Of a DNA stretch of 64,000 nucleotides, positions 49,713 through 62,554 are shown piece by piece. Source of the stretch: Gekko japonicus (lineage: Eukaryota); assembly GCF_001447785.1 (NCBI RefSeq), contig NW_015164182.1, positions 295,525 through 359,524 on the forward strand. Reading direction: 5' to 3'. Under the pieces are notes generated by a model. It was not told where the DNA came from. It made no database searches and was given only the letters and a program-made list of their open reading frames with translations. Position numbers and translations under genes: made by a program. Numbering within the stretch: position 1 is the stretch's first letter; each line of letters begins with the position of its first letter.

Positions 49713-49939
49713 TCTTAAGAGTCCTTGTGTACTTGGAATCAGAAGGAGGGCTTGTAGCTCACACAACACAAAGCGGCATGCAAGCTTTCAAGTTCTCTAA
49801 AACGCTTTATTAAACTGTGATTAAAAATAAATGCTTCCCTAAGGTTAATCATTCCCTTCAAGTGGAACTCTAGTGCTGCAGAAGGGGATAGTGAGAACTT
49901 CTCTCCAGCTGGTGAACAGGTATCCTTTTGCACCAAGGA

Positions 49940-51325
49940 ACCATCCCTTGGCATGAAGGGAGGGGGGCTCTTGGTAGTTGGTGATTTGATCTCTAGGCAA
50001 GTAGACAGCTGGGTGGCGAACCCACGTACTGTATGATGACTTGCCTGCCTGGTGCGAAGGTAGTGGACATTACGTGTGTTCTAGATAGGCTGGTAGATGG
50101 TGCTGGGGAGGAGCCAGTGGTCGTGGTACATGCTCGCACCAATGATATGGGGAAATGCAGTCGTGAGGTCCTGGAGGAAAAATTTAGGCTTCTGGGCAGG
50201 AAACTCAAAGCCAGGATCTCCAAGGTAGCCTTCTCAGAAGTACTACCTGTTCCACGCGCAGGGCCAGAGAGACAGGCACAGATCAGGAGTCTGGATGAGA
50301 CGATGGTGTAGGGGGGATGGGTTCAAGTTTATTAGGCACTGGGATGCTTTTTGGAACAAGAGGGAGCTGTACAAAAGAGACGGTCTCCACTTGTCACGAG
50401 AAGGATCCAGGCTGCTGGCGCTTAAAATCAAAAAGGTGGCAGAGCAGTTTTTAAACTGAATATTGGGGGAAAGCCAACAGGAGATGAAAGGTCTCTGGTT
50501 CGGGATGGCTCATCTCAAAGATGAAGGAGTAGCTGTTACTTTTCTACAAGGAAATGGATTAGAGTTGTCCACTGAGACTGTGGCTAATGATATGGACTGC
50601 CTGGCAAGGTCTCGAGGCAGCAAGAGGAAGGTTGTGGGCTTAACATGCATGGGAAACTATAGGTGTTTATACACAAATGCTAGAAGTGTCTGAGGTAAAA
50701 TCGGGGAATATGGAATGCTTGGTGTTGGGGGGGGGGAATAGACATCATTGTGGGTAATTCAGAAACTTGGGGGGATGAGGAAAATGAGGGGGATACGGTG
50801 TAGGGGTGTGTTGCCTAATATGCAAAGGAGCTCTTGCTACAAAAAGAGCCCTATAAGTCTATGCATGGGATAGAGCAGGTTGAGAAAGAAGTACTTTTCT
50901 CCCTTTCTCACAATACAAGAACTTGTGGGCACTCACTGAAATTGTTGAGCAGTCCGGTTAGAACAGATAAAAGGAAGTACTTCTTCACCCAAAGAGTGAT
51001 TAACACATGGAATTCACTGCTACAGGAGGTAGTGGCGGCTACAAGCATGGACAGCTTCAAGAGGGAATTAGATAACTATATGGAGTGGAGGTCCATCAGT
51101 GGCTATTAGCCACAAGGTATAGATAGGAACTCTTAGGCTGGGGCAAGTGATGCTCTGTATTTTTTGTGCTTTGGAGGGGGGGGCAACAGTGGGAGGGCTT
51201 CTAGTGTCCTGGCCCCATTGATGGACCTCCTGATGGCACCTGGTATTTTTGGCCACTGTGTGACAGACTGTTGGACTAGATGGGCCATTGGCCTGATCCA
51301 GCATTGGCTTCTCTTATGTTCTTAT
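49940..51325 (+). mobile_element. CR1 LINE relic: ORF1 esterase and ORF2 start joined to the 3' end (most of ORF2 absent)
   Basis: CLPGAKV...VVVHARTND...DGLHL SGNH-esterase motifs, then CLYTNARSV. 50862-51325 matches the CR1 3' end with the cttatgttcttatg tail. Confidence 0.8.
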
Positions 51326-51879
51326 GGTAAGTTTTTCTACTTGCCAGTTTTTGTTTTAGCTCCGTTCTACCACCTCATTCAGGTTTACATGCTGAATACG
51401 CACAACTTTGATATAAACCTCATTAACCCTCCCCCCCAACTCACTCGCAGCACTGTTTTGATAAAATGGGAGAGGAAACAACCCTGCTTTGGGTCACCTT
51501 TGGGCAGTAATAATGTGGAATATAAGTATATATATACACATAGGCAAATAGTAAGGGAGTAAGTTCGAGGTGGTCAGCTTTGTTGGTCTGAAGCAGCAGA
51601 ACAAATTTAGAGTCCAGTGGCACCCTTAAGACCAACAAAGTTTTGTTGAAGGTATGAGCTTTTGTGTGTATGCACCCTTTTTCAGATACATTGGAATGGA
51701 AGGTGTGTGTGGTAGACACATTCACACACACGACTTCTTTAAAGTGCCACAATCTTCTTTGTTAATCAAGTTGCTTCTCGTGCACAGTGTAAAGTGGCAG
51801 CAGAACGACATGGGAGATGTATTGTTTGTGACACAAATTTAAATCCCTCGTGTGTTTGTGGTGCCATACCAGTGACTCT

Positions 51880-52900
51880 CTGCCGCAACGACGCCACACT
51901 CCATCTCGTCCATCCCCATCCCCTTGCCCGCCTCTCCTCTCCCTCCCGTCATCGCCAGCCCCGCCCTCCTCTCCTTGAACGCCTACCTCTTTAAGCAGGG
52001 GGTGTGGCCGGCGGGCTGCCTTGGTAGTTCAAGATCGCCGAGGCGTTCTGTCCCCCTTCGGCTGCCGTCGACTTCCTCTTTAGCCCCGTCCTCCCTCGCA
52101 GGCCGCTTGGCTCATTGGCCTGGCTCTCCCTGCCCGCCATATTGCCGCCGCCGGAGCTGCCGCCGCCGGAGGGAGGTACCGAGAGCGCGTGCGGGAGAGG
52201 AACTCGCAGTCATGGGTGAGAGACGGGCTCTAACTGGACGCGGGGCCCAGAGCCCTCCTTCTCTGCCGGCTTCTTAGTCTCCTCTTCCCCACTTGTGAGG
52301 CGGCTCCCCCACCCCGCACGAGGTGATTCCGGCGAGCCCTCTCCCTTGACTCGGCCACCTCCGCTGTCCTGCTGAGCTGTGCTGGGCCTTCCCTTCTTGA
52401 GGCTGCCTCGGGGCGGGGGCCGGCGCGTTCTTCAGTTTCTGATTCTTCTGGCGCGCCAATTTTGTGGCAGGCGCTCCGCGGGGCACGAAATAGCAACGAA
52501 GGCTGGCTGCGCCTGTGCGGCTGGAGCTTCTCGTCTCCTCATACGCACTTTTGGTTTTCCGGCCGCCGCTGCCCCCCCCCCCCCCCCCCCGACGGGCTTC
52601 ATGCTTCCCCCGGGGCCGGTAGGCTGCCTCGGAAAGGGTAGCGGAGTTAATTGGACGTCCACTGTCTCCCCGTTGACTTACAGCGTCGCCTGCCTCGTCC
52701 GGGTAGGCTGTTTGCTTTACCCCCCACCCCCCGACAAGCAGTCCATCGGAGGGCGGGTTGGCTGGTTTGGCTTGGCTGTTCTGTCTTTCTGCGCTGTAGA
52801 TTTGTGCTTTGGTCTCTGTGTTCTCACGTAGCGTTAGGGATGCGGGGCGATTCCTCGGAACCAACCAGCTTTGGTTCCCGGTCCCCCCCCCCCTTTGGAA
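51880..52900 (+). promoter_or_regulatory. CpG island promoter of a fourth gene
   Basis: About 1 kb CpG-dense block, reverse CCAAT (ATTGG) near 52114, YY1-type CCGCCATATT near 52134, GCC repeats. Confidence 0.85.
52212..52215 (+). CDS. Probable first coding micro-exon (ATG G|gtgag) of an unidentified gene continuing beyond the window
   Basis: gcagtcATGG in strong Kozak context, followed directly by the donor gtgaga, within the CpG island. No downstream exon recognised. KPNA6 and TMEM39B are synteny-based guesses only. Confidence 0.5.
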
Positions 52901-52974
52901 AACTTTCTGGAGTGAGAAAGAAGCATTTTAACCATACACACGCCAGTGGTTTACTTTACTCTAGCGTTGATGCT

Positions 52975-53170
52975 TAGGGTTGCCAACTCTAGCTTGGAAA
53001 ATTCCTGGAGATTTGGGGGAGGTAGAATTTGGGAAGGAGAGGAAACTCAGTGGGGATGCGTCTGCCTTCCGAAGCTGCTGTTTTCTCCATAGGAACTGAT
53101 CCCTGTAAGACTGGATATTAGTTGTAATTCCGGAAGATCTCCAGGCCCCACCTCGAGGTTGGTAACGCTA
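52975..53170. mobile_element. MITE-like element with TAGGGTTGCCA-type inverted ends
   Basis: tagggttgccaactc ... gaggttggtaacgcta. Confidence 0.55.
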
Positions 53171-53670
53171 TTAATACTGCTGAGTAACTCTCTAGGTTGT
53201 CTTGTTTGCAGTGTGAATTGTGTGACGACGTGTTTGCATGGGGCAGTGTGAATATTGGTGTTAGTAGTAGGACTTTTTCAAGAACCTGCAGTCTGAAGTG
53301 TTTGTGGTCTCTCCTGAGACAACATCTGAGCACCTGTTTGAACACAGCAAGACTGAACTTGGAGTGTGAGAAGAAGATTGTAAAATCCTGGTGTTCTCAA
53401 TGGAAGAATTGGTTCCTGGTTACTCTTGCCTGTTTATTGCACTTAAGAGAAGGGTGGGGTAAATCTCCCCAGCATTTCAACAAATATTCTTGATGCTATT
53501 GCTTTTCTACTGAGAAAGAACCCCTTTTATCTGAATTGTAGCTGCACTTGGAGGATCTGTGGGACGAAATGGTGGAAGAGTTGTTATGTCTAGTACAAAA
53601 TTCTTTAGTCATCTAGTAATACAATTGGTATGCTAGGAAGAGGCCCTGTTTTGCTGCAGTGTTGGCTTAC

Positions 53671-53945
53671 CAGTTTGGTGTATGGTTAAGTGTGCGGACT
53701 CTAATCTGGGAGAACCGGGTTTCGTTCCCCACTCCTCCACTTGCATCTGCTGGATGACCTTGGGCAGGCCAGAGTTCTGGCACAGCTGTTCTTGAAAAAG
53801 AGCAGTTTCTGTCAGAGCTCTCTCAGCCCCACCTACCTCACAGGGTGTCTGTTGTGGGGAGGGGAAGGGAAAGGAGTTTGTAAGCCACTTTGAAACTCCT
53901 TTGGGTAGTGAAGGGCGGTGTATAAATCCAATCTCTTCTTCTTAC
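53671..53945 (+). mobile_element. tRNA-derived SINE
   Basis: ccagtttggtgtatggttaag...gggtttcgttcccc...aatctcttcttctt. Reverse complement of the 31979 and 49426 copies. Confidence 0.8.
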
Positions 53946-56900
53946 AAGCCTGTGAGTGAGAGAGTTTGAGGTTTCATGTCAACTAGGACTGGTGGGTGCA
54001 TCAGAAGTGAAGGCCAAAGAACAAATTAAAATTACAGCTCTTTGAGTTCTTGACCCTTTCATGGCTAGATTTTTAGTTGTATTGTGTTTTTGTGTGGGAC
54101 CCTTCACCACTCTTACTTGAGGCTCCGCACACTTACCTCCCACTGGCAGACGGGATAACACCTAACACTGTTTCACTTTGTGGAGCTGATGAGAAAATTG
54201 CATTCTTAGGTGCCAGTCATATTTATGGAAGATTCATGGCTAGTAGTTGCTGTTAGAGTTCTCTTCCTCCTCCTCCAGTTTATCAAATTCCTGTTTGAAA
54301 ACCAGCTGAGATTAGTAACTATCACTATACATTGTGACAGTGAATTCCTGTTGGGAAATTGTTTAAGACAGATGAATGAATGGGCCTACAGGTTGAATAG
54401 GTAACCTATGGTTTCTTTGTTTTAAAAAGAAGACATATTACGATTGGTGGTCTATAGGAGAATTCCAAACACAGTAGTGTTGATTCCCTTGTTTTTTTTA
54501 AAGGAACAACTACAATATCAGAGAATGAGTGCAAGCTTTCAGGTCCCTCAGAACTCTTCATCAGGCTGGATGTTAAGTACAAACAAAATGGTGAGCGGGG
54601 GGGGGGGGCTGTTACATTTGGCTTTAATGAGGTGCCCTGAAACATTCTTTTCTCCTCTTCTTTTTGGGGATGGGGGGGGCACAATATCCAGTCTGAATTC
54701 TTAGGAACTTGAAAGCTTTGTGATATTTTGGCTGTTTCTGATATGATTACACTATTGTAGAAGATATCATGATAAATTCACAATACTATCAGCTTTGGTG
54801 CCTGCTTGTAAGGGAGAGGTCTTGGGATTGATACCCAAGAGTTATCTTGGAATGGTGCAATGTTTCAAAGAATTTCAAGCCTGGAGTTTGTCTTGTGCAT
54901 TTAAGTAAAGCTGTAATCTATTCAGTAACTCTTTTAAAAGGCAGGGCTGTCCTTGCTATGTTGTATGTCAGGGTAAGATTGGCTAGAGCATGTACAAAGA
55001 AGTTTCAAGGGTCCCTATGTAGTGTGTGTGTGGTTGGACACTGACACTGCATCTAAACTGGACTCAACTGTCAGCTGCTTGGCCCTGTTTTGAAAAAGCA
55101 CTTTATCTTTTTATAAAGCACTTCACAAAGTCTTCTAATGATACTTATAATAGCCATAAAAATGCAGTATTCTGGCATCTTAAACACTAGCAAAGGATTG
55201 TAATGTGGTAATTCACAGTAAATCTGTGCCAGAAGGCTCCCCCCCCCCAATTTTCTGCCACAGACTAATTTGCCAGCAACTTTAGAACTTACCACAATCC
55301 TTTCTGTCTGTATTCCCTGCCATACTGCAGGTGATGCCACCTCTGCATTTGGGACTTAGAAGGGAGGTCTCACGGGAATACATTGAGAGAGCCTGGCATG
55401 GTGCCCGGATGGCAGATCTAACCATAGCCAAGAAAAGTCTAGTGATGTACAACCTACACTTCTGTTCCCACCTGAAAGTCCTGATTGGTCAGCAACGCCA
55501 TAACTTAGGTGCCTTGAGCCCAGAAGAAAGGCAGGGTATATATATTTGAATAAATAATCTTCAGTGAGGATGGTAATGGTTCTACACCCTTCATTTCTGT
55601 GGGCGTAAGCTCTACTGGCTTAACACTTATCAGAACCTAAATTGCTGCATCCATTTGAAACAAGTAAGTGCCAATCAAATTGCTTCAGGACTGGGCAGCT
55701 TCCAGTTTGACAGCCCCAGAGTCAAAATATTCATGGAGTATGTCAAAACCCCACTCACACTGGATGATATGGATACCTAGTTTTTAAAGACGCTGTAATG
55801 CTGTTTTCCCCCTAGTCCTAGTGACAGGTACCACCTGGGGTAACTTATAGTGAAGAAGAAGAGTTGGATTTATACCCTGTCTTTCACTCTGCATCTCAGA
55901 GTGGCTTACAGTCTCCTTCCCTTCCTCTCTGCACGACAGACACTCTGTGAGGTAGGTGAGGCTGAGAGAGCTCTAAGAGAATGGTGACTGATCGAAGGTC
56001 ACCCAGCTGGCTTCTGTATCTTCCTTCGGCTTCACCACTCTCAGTTGCTAGTATTGGGAGGTACAGAGAACACAGTGTCAGGACTTTGGCATCTGACACC
56101 TGTTGTGATGTTGGGAGAGCAGTTTGACCAACATGTGAAAAGACCATTTATAGCAAGGTGAATTCCTTTTCTTCCCTTGTTTGCAAATTGGCTTGGTCAG
56201 CAAAGGGGCACATTCCATGGATGCTCTTGTGTTGTGAGCTTGTCTGCAATGGTGATTGCTGCACCAGGCAGTCAAAAGAATTGCCTGAATAAAGGCTTTG
56301 CTAGCAGAGGTACAATACGCTAGTGATCTATTGGGGGCTGTTGTGATACCTCTTGGTTGGCTTTGTGTACGCATGTGCACAGACATGTTTAGGAACACAT
56401 GCTGTTCAGCAGCATAATTGTAATTATGGGGAGGGCCCTGAACTAATGAAAACATAGAACACTTCAGTAGGTGCAGCCCATTTGCTTTCAAGCTTGAATG
56501 GCTGGAAACTCTTATTATAAAAGGAAAGGTTGCTCTGAATGTGGAAATGCATTCTGAATTACTGTGGAATCATAGCACGTGTGTACAGTCTTGCCTATTC
56601 ACTGGTTCTGATATGAGCTATTCTAGTCAGTGACACACTTCATACATCAAATTATGCTGACAACATAGATATACGTGAAACATATATCTCTGACTTACTG
56701 GTGGACCCTCTGAGAGGGGCTTGGGTTGGCTTTAGATCTGCTTTCCTTCCTATCCACCACCTACATATGCCCTGCTAGTAATCTTGTGCCTCTGCCTTCT
56801 CTTGGATCATCTGGGCTGTTCTCTCCAGTGTGATAAGCTTGTTTGGGAAGTGCAGGCAGGAGAGAACGGAATGTAGGTTGAGAACTGACATGGGTGGGGC

Positions 56901-57551
56901 AGCCTTTGCTCTAGACTGTTACTCTCCTTGTCCTTAAATTAGCCTTTACTAGACCCACCCTCCCATATGTCCTTAAGGGGGGATTGTGTGCTAGGTGCAG
57001 TGAATTATTATCCTGAACAGAACAGTTATTTGGGCCAGCAGCAAATGGAAAAGATACCTTAGAATGCAGTGTTGGGTATGAACATCTGCCAGTACCCCTC
57101 AACATTGAAAAAAGATTCTTGACAAAATGTAGAGATGTAAAAGTACCAGAAATGTTGAATTCATGTGAAAAGTTGAAATATAGGCAATACTTCCTTATCA
57201 AGTCTAATCTTTATTTTATTGCTGTTACACCATAAAATGTATCATTTATGACTTAGTTAACCTGTAAAATTGTACTCTTTGGCATATTTATGAAACTTAA
57301 AATTGAATGCCTATAAGTAGAATTATAAGTATGCCCAAAACAATCTCACATAGTCAATAGCCAGCTCTGAGTTTTAATACCAGGTTAGACTTCAAATGTT
57401 GAAAACTTTTCAATATATTGTACACGTAGCATATCATATTAGGTGGTGCTGATTGGGCAGAAATACGGGATACAAATCTTGTAAATAAATATTGTGGGGG
57501 AAATTAGTTACATGTTTGGGGGGGGGGGACTTGGAGAAAAGAAACAGAAGA

Positions 57552-59665
57552 ATCATTGCAAAATTAAGACTTAAACTGAAGAAAGTTGGGAAAACCACTA
57601 GGCCATTCAGATTTGTCCTAGATCAGATCCCTGATGAATATACAGTGGAGGTGAAGAACAGATTTAAGGGACTAGATTTGATAGAGTGCCTGAAGAGCTA
57701 TGGACAGAGGTTCGTGACATTGTACAGGAAGCAGCAATCACCACCATCCCAAAGAAAAAGAAATGCAAGAAAGCCAAGTGGCTGTCTGATGAGGCTTTAC
57801 AAATTGCAGAGGAAAGAAGGAAAGCAAAAGGCAAAGGTAAAAAAGAAAGATTTACCCAACTGAATGCAGATTTCCAGACAACAGCAAGGAGAGATAAGGA
57901 GGCTTTCCTGAATGAACAATGCAAAGTAATAGAGGAAAACAATAGAATGGGAAGGATTAGAGATGTCTTCAGTTGGAGAAATCAAGGGAGCGTTTCATGC
58001 AAAGCTGGCCATGATAAAGGACAAGAACGGTAGGGACCTAACAGAAGCAACTGAGATTAGGAAAATATGGCAAGAATACACAGAAGAACTATACAAGAAG
58101 GACCTCAATGTCCTTGACAACCACGACGGTGTAATCACTGACCTTGAGCCAGACATCCTGGAATCCGAAGTCAAATGAGCCTTAGAAAGCATTACTAACA
58201 ACAAAGCTAGTGGAGGTGATGGTATCCCAGCTGAGCTATTCAAAGTCTTAAAAGGTGATTCTGTTAAAGTGCTGCACTCAATTTGCCAGCAAATTTGGAA
58301 AACGCAACAGTGGCCACAGGATTGGAAAAGGTCAGTATACATTCCAATCCCAAAGAAGGGCAATGCCAAGGAATGTTCAAACTATCGCACAATTGCACTC
58401 ATATCACACGCTAGCAAGGTCATGCTCAAGATCCTACAAGCTAGGCTTCAACAGTACATGGATAGAGAACTGCCAGAAGTACAAGCTGGGTTTCGAAGAG
58501 GTAGAGGAACGAGAGATCATATTGCCAACATTCGCTGGATTATGGAGAAAGCAAGAGAGTACCAGAAAAACATCTACTTCTGCTTCATTGACTATGCTAA
58601 AGCTTTTGACTGTGTGGATCACAACAAACTATGGCAGGTCCTTAAAGAGATGGGAGTACCAGACCACCTCACATGTCTCTTGAGAAACCTGTATAAGGGC
58701 CAAGAAGCGACAGTTAGAACCGGATATGGAACAACTGATTGGTTCAGCATAGGAAAAGGAGTACGACAAGGATGTATACTGTCACCTTGCTTATTTAATA
58801 TATATGCAGAGTACATCATGCGAAATGCTGGCCTGGATGAATCACAAGCGGGAATTAAGATTGCTGGGGAAAAGATCAACAACCTCAGATATGCAGACGA
58901 TACCACTCTAATGGCAGAAAGTGAAGAGGACCTAAAGAGCCTCTTGCTCAGGGTAAAAGAGGAGAGCGCAAAAGTGGGCTTGAAGCTCAACATCAAAAAA
59001 ACTAAGATCATGGCATCCGGCCCCATCACTCCTTGGCAAATAGAAGGGGAAGTCGTGGAAGTAGTGACAGACTTCACGTTCCTGGGATCCCAGATCACCG
59101 CAGACTGTGACTGCAGCCATGAAATTAAAAGACGCCTGCTCCTTGGGAGGAAAGCGATGGCGAACCTAAACAGCATGATAAAAAGTAGAGACATCACCCT
59201 GCCAACAAAAGTCCGCATGGTCAAAGCAATGGTATTCCCAGTAGTCATGTATGGCTGCGAGAGTTGGACTATAAGGAAGGCCGAGCGCCGAAGAATAGAT
59301 TCTTTTGAACTATGGTGCTGGAGAAGACTCTTGAGAGTCCCTTGGACTGCAAGAAGATCAAATCAGTCAATCCTAAAAGAAATCAACCCTGACTGTTCCC
59401 TGGAAGGCCAGATACTGAAGCTGAAGCTCAAATACTTTTGCCACCAAATGAGAAGGGAGCACTCACTGGAGAAGACCCTGATGCTGGGAAAGACTGAAGG
59501 TAAAAGAAGAGGGGGACGGCAAAGGATGAGATGGTTAGACAGTGTTATCGAGGCAACAAACATGAAATTAAGCAAACTCCGGAGCACAACGGAAGACAGG
59601 AGGGCCTGGCGTAATGTGGTCCATGGGGTCGCGGAGAGTCGGACTTGACAGTGCGACTGAACAAC
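57552..59665 (+). mobile_element. RTE-BovB LINE, 5'-truncated, with an uninterrupted RT-domain ORF (58269-59648)
   Basis: 459-aa ORF with FIDYAKAFD, QGCILSP and LRYADD. Upstream frameshifts and a TGG>TGA stop at 58176-58178. Ends GACTGAACAAC. Confidence 0.95.
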
Positions 59666-59768
59666 ATCATGGTCTTATAGCAAAATCCTCCTTAAATTTG
59701 GTCACTGTGAGGTTCTCCTGACTCTGTGTTCACCCCCCCCCCCGCCAATGTTATAATTACTTTATATA

Positions 59769-61200
59769 GGGGGCGAAGCGACAGCAGAGCTGTGCAGTCG
59801 CACCCAACTCAGCCTCTGCATGGGGCTCCTACAAAAGAATTAAAAAAAACAACGGACTGCAGTTTAAATAACAGCATGACTGCTATTATGAATAAGCTGG
59901 ATGAAGTCAACAGAAAGCTGCAGGAAACTCAGGAGAAGGCGGAGACAGCAGTTGCCGGTATGCAAAAGAACTCTAAAGAAATAGCTGAATTAAAAACTTT
60001 TGAAGGATGGGTGAAAAGCAAGCTAATGCTGTTAGAAACTAAATCACAGGAAACTAAAGTGAAATTCCATGGAATTTCTTTGAACTTTAATTAAATAAGG
60101 GCCTTACTGTTGCTTTAAACCAGTGGTTAGAAGGAATTATACAGCTTCTGGGGCCAGTGGTAAACAATACTTTCTGTGTAAACCCTCCCCGAATGGGCTC
60201 ATCAACATTGATACCTGATATTGTGGCAATTCTTAAAGACACAGACTAAGAGGAACCTCTTGGAGGGTACAAGGGGTGAGTCAGCAGGCCACAAATTTAA
60301 CAATAACAACAAAGGATCGGGTGGAACTACAACCCCCATTAAAACCTTAATCTTTTGAATAACAAGAAGCCAGAAATTGACTGGACAGGACCACCAGCAG
60401 TGAATATAAGACACTTTTACCCCACATTGTTTCCATTGTACCCTCCTTGAAGATGATTGGTACGCTACTCACAGCGGCCAAAATAGTTATTGCCAAGAAT
60501 TGGAAAGAACCCAATCCTCCGAGTATACAACATTGGGTGCATAAGGTTTGGGACCTATTTTTACTAGAGAATTTTAATACGTTTTACACAGAAACTCAAA
60601 CGGAATGCGACTTGATGAGTCCAATGCATGCTTGGTATCCTTTGTTAGATAGACTCAATATAGGTGGGTTCGACTGGGAAGAAATTTGCAATGTTAAATA
60701 CAAGATGTTACTATATAACTGAATCAAACGTTATGAAATCTATACATGGTTCTATAGAGCACTATTATTGTAGTGAAAGTTGTGAATGGTATGACCTGTT
60801 TCGCTTGTATTCTGACTTTTCTATTGGAATTGTTGTTTTGTGCTTAAAATATCAATAAAACTTTATTTTAAAAAAAAAAGAGGAACCTCTTGGAAATTCT
60901 AGGAATAACAGAGGTCTAAAGCTTGAGGACACTTTGGTTCAGCTATATCCAGATATCCCATTTGATATATTAAATGCTAGGAAAAATATGTGCCCAATTG
61001 CACAAAAGCTTGCAGAGAAGAACTTCAGGTATCATTGGCTTCCGCTTGGACATATATCGGTCATGTTCCAAGGAAAACACTCACAGCTTATGACTTAATA
61101 TCCGGCGAAGAGCTTCTGAAGGTGTTGGAGTCGGACTCAGGCTAGTAGTACAAGAACTGACAAGCAAAAGAAGATGAACGCACCAGAAGATTGTAAAGAC
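59769..61200 (+). mobile_element. Degenerate L1-like ORF1 region, interrupted by the nested insertion 60265-60877; right boundary approximate
   Basis: Coiled coil MNKLDEVNRKLQETQEK...KVKFHGI, then QLYPDIPFDILNARK...FRYHW after the insertion, resembling L1 ORF1p RRM/CTD. Confidence 0.55.
60265..60877 (+). mobile_element. 5'-truncated, 5'-inverted L1 insertion
   Basis: 17-bp TSD aagaggaacctcttgga at 60248-60264 and 60878-60894. AATAAA and poly(A). Forward part AAKIVIAKNWK; inverted part WKQCG...HCWWSC (ORF2 Cys-rich domain). Confidence 0.85.
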
Positions 61201-62554
61201 ATACACCGGAGGAGATTGTTGCTATAGAGTTCTTTTTTTGTTTTTCTCTTCTCTCTCTCCCTCTCCCTTTCCGCCTTATATATTTTCCCCTAAGCAAAGC
61301 AGCCTGGAACATAAAGTGTACTTTCTTGTGCAATTGTACGGGAGCACGCGGGTAGGGCTATTGGGACACCCACCCACACACCTCCCCAATGGGCAAGACT
61401 CCAGCGACAGTCTTCTCTGGAATTGCTCCGGAGTCCCGGGTGAGGGAACGCCAATTAGAAGCGCTCCAGTTTGAAGAGGAAGAACAAAATGTAGTAAAGA
61501 TCTAAGAGAGCACAGCTAAGAAATGGAGAAATATATTTTCAGTTTGTAGCTTACTTTTTATTTTACTTTATTGTAACCCATCTTATTATAATGATTTAGA
61601 AATGAAATATATATAGAACATATGGTTATAAAATAAGGAGATTTAAAGGGAAATTATGGGAGATAGAGTTTACAGGTGCAATTGTACTGGAGCAATTGTG
61701 AGAGGCAGAAATACTAACCTAGGTGTGTCAATTCTACTGGGTTAATGGATGTAAACTTTAAATATTTAAACAGTAGAAGTTTCATTTCAAAACATTTTGC
61801 AAGGTTTGAAAAAGGGTTACCAGTACATTCTAGGATTCTTTTTGCTTGTGTGGTGTGTATTTTCCAGTGTAAGCTTTATTGTTAACCATCTGCACATAAG
61901 ACTGACATGTTAATTTTTCTTTAAAAATTAGTAGTAATGTGTAAGAACATGAATATGTTGTTAATGTGTAAACATTTAAATGATACATTTTAGATAAGTT
62001 GCTTTTGTTAAATGAGATCTTCCTCTATAGTGGAAAAACTTGATCTCTCAGCTTTTCTCATTTCTCCTGCCGCCTGTCCTTATTATCACATGGGAGCTGA
62101 ATTTTTTTCTCTAATTATCTTGATGGTTCTTGGTTGATTGTCAGACACACTGACAGGTATTTCAACCTACAATTAAACCTATTTCAAAGGCAAGAGTATG
62201 AACTAGTTCTGGAGTTGGAGTAAGTAACAGTGATGTCCAAGAGCTCAGAGGTCCTATGCCCTGTAGCAGCTGGACCAGTAGCAGTGCCCTCCCTAGTGAG
62301 TGGCAGAAATGCCCCCCCACACCAGCCGACATCACAAAAATGTCATAAATTGGCGTAAGTACTTTGGCCCTATTGCAGTGGCTTTTCCATGGCTGGGAGA
62401 AACTGTCCAGTAGCATAATGGAAGTGCTTCAGACTGTAATGGGATATCTTCTGGTGGGGCCCCAACTGTTAGAAGCAAACAGCCCCATGTCACAGAACTC
62501 TATGTAAAACTGGAGGAGGATCACTTAATTTGAGGACCCCCCCTTTTTAATATG

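Noticed and set aside
52274-52864. 196-aa minus-strand ORF and overlapping ORFs in the CpG island
   Set aside because: Low-complexity ORFs are expected in GC-rich DNA; no recognisable domain.
53671-53740. tRNA-like A/B boxes (also near 7290, 13061, 45624, 62555)
   Set aside because: SINE heads continuing into repeat bodies, not complete tRNA genes.
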